Positions 59,201 through 64,000 of a stretch of DNA of 64,000 bases are shown piece by piece (the first letter of the stretch is position 1; the number at the start of each line of letters is the position of its first letter). A model generated the notes under the pieces. It made no database searches. It saw only the letters and a list, made by a program, of their open reading frames with translations, and was not told where the DNA came from. A program made the position numbers and the translations under genes. Origin of the DNA: a virus; the IMG/VR virus record IMGVR_UViG_3300008110_000034, positions 64,001 to 128,000 of that record, one strand, 5' to 3'.

Positions 59201-62200
59201 CGGTTAATCCTACCGTTGTGGGATCAACAAGTGCAACGGTTGACAATTATTTCTTAGCCTATAGCTTAGAAAGTCAGTTCTTAAAACTTAATACATCGGG
59301 CACTTATAATTTTACTAACGTATCTATTAGCACCGTTGCTAGAAATGGTAGTAATGTAGCTACCATTGTTACTGCTACAAATCATAATTTAGCTAACGAT
59401 AGTTTTGTAAAGATTGTATGTAGTGATTCAACATTTGACAGTGTTGCGGAAATTACAGTCGTTGATCCAACAACATTTACCTACACTAATGCAGGAAGTG
59501 TAGTAACAACAACCGCAGCCACAGGAACTGTTCGAAGCGTTATTACTAGTGCATCAACTGGAGCACAGGGCGTACTAACTGAATATAGACCAGGCGCAGT
59601 TGCAACAGTTAACAATGCAGGCTTAACAGCAGGTTCAGGATATTTAACTGCCGGAATTTATAGAAGTGTATCATTAACTACTAGCGGAGCAGGAACCGGA
59701 GCAAAAGCCGATATTACTGTATCTGCCGGTGGCGCAGTTACTAGTGTTGATATAGTCAGAAGCGGTAGCGGATATATTGTTGGTGATACACTGTCAGCGG
59801 CTGATGCAGATATTGGCGGAAGAAGCGGCGGAACAGCATTTAGTATTACAATATCTCAAATTGAAAAAAGAGCATATGTTGACTTAATTGGCGGCCAAAC
59901 GTTTATTGCAAGCTCAGGAAGTCCAGACTTTGTTGCAGATAACAATGCAACTGTAAACACTATTACATTAACCGGCTCTTTAGCAATTTCTTTCAACGCA
60001 GCGGATATAGGTACAGGTGGCGATGTAACATATGCTACTAGCAAAATTACAAAAACTGGACACGGATTCAATAATGGGGATCCATTAAGATATATAAGTG
60101 CTCCTAATGTCGCTATTGGCGGATTAACAAACAATACCGTTGTATACGCAAAAAGATTAGATGCAGATAATTTAGAATTATACTCAGATTATAATTTATC
60201 AACACAGATTACGTTTACATCATCTAGTAGCGGTACACACAGTCTTACTCGATATGTGATTGATACAGTAAGCAACACAATTGTAATATCATCACACGGG
60301 TTAAGCACAGGCAATGCTATTCAAATTACTGGTGCTAGTCTTTTTAGTATTGATGGTGTTGCAATTAGTTCTGATACTTATTATTTTGTAGGTAGTATAA
60401 CTACAAACAGCTTTACTATTCATACTTTAAGATCCGATGCTTTAATTAGTACCGGTGGATTAGTAACTAATCCTCTAAATATAACTGCGCAAGGCAGCAG
60501 CACTGCACACATAATCACACAAAATGTTCAAGTGGTTGCAATTGTTAATACTAGTTCTAGAACAGCAGGAAACTGGAATAGTTTATCAGCAAGTACTATT
60601 GATGCAAGTAATATTGTAAGCGGAGTAGTAAGTACTTCTAGGCTAGCATCAGCAGGAACTGCTAATAGCTCAACATTCTTAAGAGGCGATAGTTCTTGGG
60701 CCCCAGTTGTACAAAGCGTAGATAAAGCATTAAACAGTCCTTTAACAGTCACTGGCACTGGATCTGGTCCTTATACTGGAACAGTTACATTAGATGTAAA
60801 CAGAGTTGACCTTGCCTTAGCCAGCGGAAACTATTCAAACGAAGGTGTGGCTAGTTTTAATACAGATCAATTTAATGTTGGTACCGTTGGAACTGTTGGT
60901 AAGGTATTCATCAAGGCAGGTGTTATTGACGCTGGCACATTAGACACCTACGACAGCAGTTATTTCTTGGATCCGGGTAATTTAACCAGTGCAGTTCCTA
61001 CATCTAAAGGTGGTACTGCTCTAACCAGTTATGCAACTGGCGATATAATTTATTCTAGCGCAACTAATGTTCTAAGTAAGTTAGCCATTGGTGCTACTGG
61101 AACAGTGCTTGATAGTTCTGGTACCGCACCCCAGTGGAGTCCAAACTTAACGCTAGCAAAAGGACTAACAGTAAATAGCAACTCTATAACAGTTGGCTCA
61201 GTATCAAAAGCATCAATATTTGATACCAATGCTCGGACTGTTAGTGTTGGATCGGCTGCAGGTTCGACCTTTATCGGCGAGTCAAGTACAAGTATTGATT
61301 TAGCATCAGATGTGGTCAGCTATACGGCAGCAACTAGTGTATATGTATCAGTTAACTTAGCAACATTTACAAAAGCCACTAGCGCAACTTCAGGCAACGG
61401 AACTGCAATTTTATTTTTTGCGGATACCACTAGCATACGAGTTGGACAGGTAGTAACAGTAGCAGCAGGTACTATACCAGCAAGTACAACTGTTACTGGA
61501 TTTGGATCCGCCGGGGAAGTTTATCTAAGTGCAACCATTACCAGTTCAATACTGTCAGCGGTAACAGTTACATTCCAAGAAACTCCTGTTAGTGTTGGTA
61601 TAAGCGAGGGCGATTATGTTACGATTGCAGGTTCTACTCTTACTAATTTAGACGGAACATGGCCAGTATACGGTGCATCTGCAGCAGCAAACAGTTTTGT
61701 AATTAATACAAGTAATGTTGTTACTGCATCGGCAGTAACACAACTTGGAACTATTGTTAGAATAAATTCAATTGTATTAAGGACTAGTAGATTAGTAGTA
61801 GGAGCATCGGGAGCAGCAGCGCCTGCATTTGGTGCAACAATCAGAGGTTGCGACGCCATGGGTGTTAACGTCACAGCATCTGATCTAGTAATACAACCAG
61901 GACTAGCAACCGGCTCGGGCACTAGCGGAAATTTTGTTGTTAAAGTTGGTACTGGCGGAGTCACAGGGTTTACACAACATCCTACTGGTACTGCTCGACT
62001 AACAATCAGCAGTACAACAGCAACCTTTGCAACCGATGTTGCAATCAACGGCGGCGATCTTACAACATCAGCATCAACATTTAATATTGGTAATACCGCT
62101 ACTACCACACATACTACAAATTTAGATACTGCTGCCACTGTTAGCGGTGCAACAAAAACTATAAACATTGGAACAGGCGGCGTTAGCGGTTCTACAACAG

Positions 62201-62613
62201 AAATTAATATTGGAACATCTGTTAGCGGTGCTACCTCTAATGTTAATATTAACGGTAATTTAACAATCAGTGGAGCAAGCATTGGTACAAGCCCCGAGGT
62301 TACAGGTATAACCAATGCAAGCACAACTGTAGTAGATACATGGGCCGTGGCAACTTATCGTGTGGTAAAATATATTGTATCAATAACTTGTACTGCAGGA
62401 ACCGATAACGGCACTTATCAAACTAGCGAGTTATTAGTCATACACGACGGAACAACTGCTACTCTAACAGAATATGCAGTGGTAAAAACAGGATCAAACG
62501 AATTAATTACATTTACCTGCGACATCAGTGGCGGTAATGTAAGATTACTAGGACAAGCAACTACAGGTAATACAGTTAAAGTGAGACCAAATAGAACACT
62601 AGTAAACTTATAA
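56269..62613 (+). CDS. Large (2,114 aa) tail fibre / virion appendage protein
   Basis: N-terminal RIRHKRS...GEFVINTADGKVF, beta-helix entry GNDLNDGVSAPVKTVKRAL, repeated HG(F/L)...GL...YY modules, C-terminal VDTW...YRVVKY...SELLVIHDG. Confidence 0.7.
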   Translation: MSTRIRHKRSTTSGVAPTGVQLDTGEFVINTADGKVFIKKEDTTVSDITKRSFQGDTKIEAYDDGVTTSNIKATIDGADQLIITPTEVQSHGDIVVENANSIKLSELTANGSNYIGIKAPDTLIADYTLTLPTATGSIGQVLGTDGSGNLSFRDVDTFGGNRIYVSDAKGNDLNDGVSAPVKTVKRALQLASALVYTSGGAVNGTRVIVSVAAGDYSEDNPIIVPDNVVVKGDGLRSCIIRPLNANKDMLRVRNGCYFAEMTFRDAVDASFVPQFTWDYTVSFDDYTDAGTSRVGYTYLPSTKPVITTSPYIQNCSIISFLGGNGVLIDGSKVIDPNTSPTQLEVENPVSGPAPSQGKSMVANAFTMLSFGGTGWRVINDAYSQIVSCFQIFLLNGVYCQSGGYVSITNSATNFGLYALRSSGYSPSAFDFDKSIAVATGTVDGFQTLEIIGLGRAGPPIEQFVIRVRDGSNVDITSSFAPATTTVSFNSATAVDTVTNIFTINSHGFLNTDAVVYDANGGTIISGLDDEQTYYIGYLTANTFKLFYDESLAFEVNVLAVGSGTQYFITGVEEFFVNDIIEDHTTYQTLTLAAGVYNFVPGRAITGVTGADPNSAYVYSYDPLTYELVVSINNVIIGSSTVRKLFTGSSTIDADHTNPTPVTSIGVSSVVSKTDLGSARFSINCTQVGGVLTNLSNLPENQIWFHRPSIVNSSGHTWEYAGSGTDYNALPQNGGEGRAEYEQVRELPGRVYTSGTNELGDFKVGDFITAFNRTGNITFNNKVTVGTLDTLRLSLSNVIITAISTDPDLGDNDPGGASDSRLNTQLAARSFMNNRLGPFIDQSVSTNAIPGALIQLNANGLINSDLLPATRTFVSTTVLGYGERVNQWEDVPPSDLLNGDITSEEYEQRNLTLSSAITASDGAVITQAVTGATGYLKGSVTSSTSIVVASTRDTFNATFNAVNNLTINGDATPSDTNTAVNPTVVGSTSATVDNYFLAYSLESQFLKLNTSGTYNFTNVSISTVARNGSNVATIVTATNHNLANDSFVKIVCSDSTFDSVAEITVVDPTTFTYTNAGSVVTTTAATGTVRSVITSASTGAQGVLTEYRPGAVATVNNAGLTAGSGYLTAGIYRSVSLTTSGAGTGAKADITVSAGGAVTSVDIVRSGSGYIVGDTLSAADADIGGRSGGTAFSITISQIEKRAYVDLIGGQTFIASSGSPDFVADNNATVNTITLTGSLAISFNAADIGTGGDVTYATSKITKTGHGFNNGDPLRYISAPNVAIGGLTNNTVVYAKRLDADNLELYSDYNLSTQITFTSSSSGTHSLTRYVIDTVSNTIVISSHGLSTGNAIQITGASLFSIDGVAISSDTYYFVGSITTNSFTIHTLRSDALISTGGLVTNPLNITAQGSSTAHIITQNVQVVAIVNTSSRTAGNWNSLSASTIDASNIVSGVVSTSRLASAGTANSSTFLRGDSSWAPVVQSVDKALNSPLTVTGTGSGPYTGTVTLDVNRVDLALASGNYSNEGVASFNTDQFNVGTVGTVGKVFIKAGVIDAGTLDTYDSSYFLDPGNLTSAVPTSKGGTALTSYATGDIIYSSATNVLSKLAIGATGTVLDSSGTAPQWSPNLTLAKGLTVNSNSITVGSVSKASIFDTNARTVSVGSAAGSTFIGESSTSIDLASDVVSYTAATSVYVSVNLATFTKATSATSGNGTAILFFADTTSIRVGQVVTVAAGTIPASTTVTGFGSAGEVYLSATITSSILSAVTVTFQETPVSVGISEGDYVTIAGSTLTNLDGTWPVYGASAAANSFVINTSNVVTASAVTQLGTIVRINSIVLRTSRLVVGASGAAAPAFGATIRGCDAMGVNVTASDLVIQPGLATGSGTSGNFVVKVGTGGVTGFTQHPTGTARLTISSTTATFATDVAINGGDLTTSASTFNIGNTATTTHTTNLDTAATVSGATKTINIGTGGVSGSTTEINIGTSVSGATSNVNINGNLTISGASIGTSPEVTGITNASTTVVDTWAVATYRVVKYIVSITCTAGTDNGTYQTSELLVIHDGTTATLTEYAVVKTGSNELITFTCDISGGNVRLLGQATTGNTVKVRPNRTLVNL

Positions 62614-62619
62614 TAAATA
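62612..62619 (+). promoter_or_regulatory. T4-like late promoter (AATAAATA)
   Basis: Overlaps the preceding stop codon, ~25 nt upstream of the ATG at 62644. Confidence 0.55.
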
Positions 62620-62643
62620 GAATAACGGTGGAAAGGGAAACCG

Positions 62644-64000
62644 ATGGCAACAGCAGATTTTAGAGTCAAAAATGGCCTTGTGGTCAACGAAAAACTTCAG
62701 GTTCTGTCTTCAACAGATTCTACAAGTGCGTCAGATACAGCAGCCGCGGTATATTCCCCAGGTGGCGCCGCAATAACAAAAAAATTATTTGTAGGTACAG
62801 ATTTTCAAACTAACGGCACTACTATTAATTTAGGAACCAGCACAGGCAGTGCTACTACGACTACAGTAGGCGGCGCAATTACTGGCAACATTTTAAAAAT
62901 TGCCAGTACAACATCAGGCACTGCAAATCTTACCACAGATGTAACTACTGGTACAATTAATCTTTTTGCATCTTCTACTAATCAAATTGTTTTAGGATCA
63001 ACCGGTGCAGTAAAACTACCGGTTGGTACTAACGCCAATCAACCAACAGGCGCTAACGGTCTAATAAGATACAACACTGATAAAACTTCTTATGAAGTGT
63101 ATAACAGCACTGCCTGGTTTAAACAATTTGACGGCAAAAATTTTGTAACTACATCAACAAGCACGCCTACTACACCAGATGTTGGACAAATATGGTTTGA
63201 TAGTTCTGATGAAAAAATATATCAAAGATTTAATGACGGCACAAGTAGTTTTTGGGTAGAAACTGGGGGAGCTGCCGGAGCTAGCAGCAGTAACATAGCA
63301 AGTGCATTAGTGTTAAGAGATGCTTCGGGTAACTTTGCAGCAGGAACCATTAGTGCAGCATTAAGTGGTAATGCTACTTCTGCTACCAATGTACAAGGTG
63401 GCGCTGCAGGCAGCCTACCTTATAATACTGCATCAAGTACCAGCACATTTTTAGGCATTGGCGGCGCAAATACAGTTTTGCAAAGCACAGGCACAGCACC
63501 GCAGTGGACTAATACACTTACTTTGTCCGGCGGAGTTACAGCAGCTTCTGTAACGGCTACAACTAATTTTCAAGTTGGCACCGGAGTTGCTACAAGAACA
63601 CTGACTGCTGATAGCATAGGAAGATTAACTTTAAGATTTGATGATAACAGTTTAAATTATCCAATTACTATTCAAAATAGAGGTATTAGCGCAGTTGGTC
63701 ACGGCACTGGAATATTATTTCAAATAGCAAATGGTGGAGGTACTGCTGTTAATGCTGCAAGTATTGAAATATTGACAGAACAAACATCTTTTACTGGATC
63801 AACAGCAGATGCAAGTTTTGTGATAAAAACTGCACAAGACGGTGTGTTAACTGAAAGATTCAGGATTGACTCTGCTGGTAATGTTACTTTTGCGGCCAGT
63901 ATTACTACAGTTTCAGTTAGTTTAGGTGTAGCTGCGAACAGTACTACTCAAGGATCAGCAACCGGTTTAACGTCTAATATTAACGTAGTTACTAGCGCAA
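62644..64000 (+). CDS. Tail fibre-like structural protein (runs off the window end; missing from the ORF track)
   Basis: Manual translation MATADFRVKNGLVVNEKLQVLSSTDSTSASDTAAAVYSPGGAAITKKLFVG...; Ser/Thr/Gly-rich; includes LPVGT...NGLIRYNTD and PDVGQIWFDS-type motifs. Confidence 0.75.
   Translation, partial: MATADFRVKNGLVVNEKLQVLSSTDSTSASDTAAAVYSPGGAAITKKLFVGTDFQTNGTTINLGTSTGSATTTTVGGAITGNILKIASTTSGTANLTTDVTTGTINLFASSTNQIVLGSTGAVKLPVGTNANQPTGANGLIRYNTDKTSYEVYNSTAWFKQFDGKNFVTTSTSTPTTPDVGQIWFDSSDEKIYQRFNDGTSSFWVETGGAAGASSSNIASALVLRDASGNFAAGTISAALSGNATSATNVQGGAAGSLPYNTASSTSTFLGIGGANTVLQSTGTAPQWTNTLTLSGGVTAASVTATTNFQVGTGVATRTLTADSIGRLTLRFDDNSLNYPITIQNRGISAVGHGTGILFQIANGGGTAVNAASIEILTEQTSFTGSTADASFVIKTAQDGVLTERFRIDSAGNVTFAASITTVSVSLGVAANSTTQGSATGLTSNINVVTSA

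Noticed and set aside
62628-62634. Possible trans pairing between the candidate RNA (TTCCAC, 42478-83) and this GTGGAA leader
   Set aside because: Only 6 bp, which is expected by chance, and the RNA segment already has a cis partner at 42217-22.
1192-62687. Many short overlapping or antisense ORFs in the track (e.g. 2160..2426, 12478..12876, 21734..22141, 44780..45109, 61614..62324)
   Set aside because: They lie wholly within well-supported genes on the opposite strand or in another frame and show the composition expected of shadow ORFs.
1-64000. Stop-codon recoding (TAG/TGA reassignment), as found in some large phages
   Set aside because: Core genes are full length under the standard code, and TAA, TGA and TAG (e.g. 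46875-77) all end genes at expected positions, often overlapping the next ATG.

Overview
This window is about 64 kb of an AT-rich, large T4-like (myovirus-type) phage genome read in the standard genetic code. It holds most of the virion morphogenesis region. On the minus strand (1-37.8 kb) are baseplate genes (gp48/54-, gp53-, gp27-, gp5-, gp25- and gp6-like), a 4,599-aa giant wedge protein and three paralogous fibre proteins. These lead into a coupled cluster of four glycosyltransferase-like genes, a repeat-fused methyltransferase and a radical SAM enzyme. On the plus strand (37.9-64 kb) are late sigma factor gp55, gp47/gp46 (Mre11/Rad50-like), an Hc1-like small protein, a GIY-YIG nuclease, a tape-measure-like gene, portal, prohead core, protease, scaffold, major capsid protein and further fibre genes. 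The main unexplained element is a ~370-nt, ORF-free, relatively GC-rich stretch directly after the GIY-YIG stop codon (about 42189-42560). It has many nested hairpins, a long-range closing helix and an 8-bp loop pseudoknot, which points to a large structured non-coding RNA possibly acting with the nuclease. Other notable items are a frameshift-split gene with a T4 internal-protein-like capsid-targeting N-terminus, a perfect sigma70 promoter for gp55 overlapping a divergent late promoter, and a structured late leader at 53.9-54.0 kb. All family assignments come from motif recognition by eye; no database searches were run.
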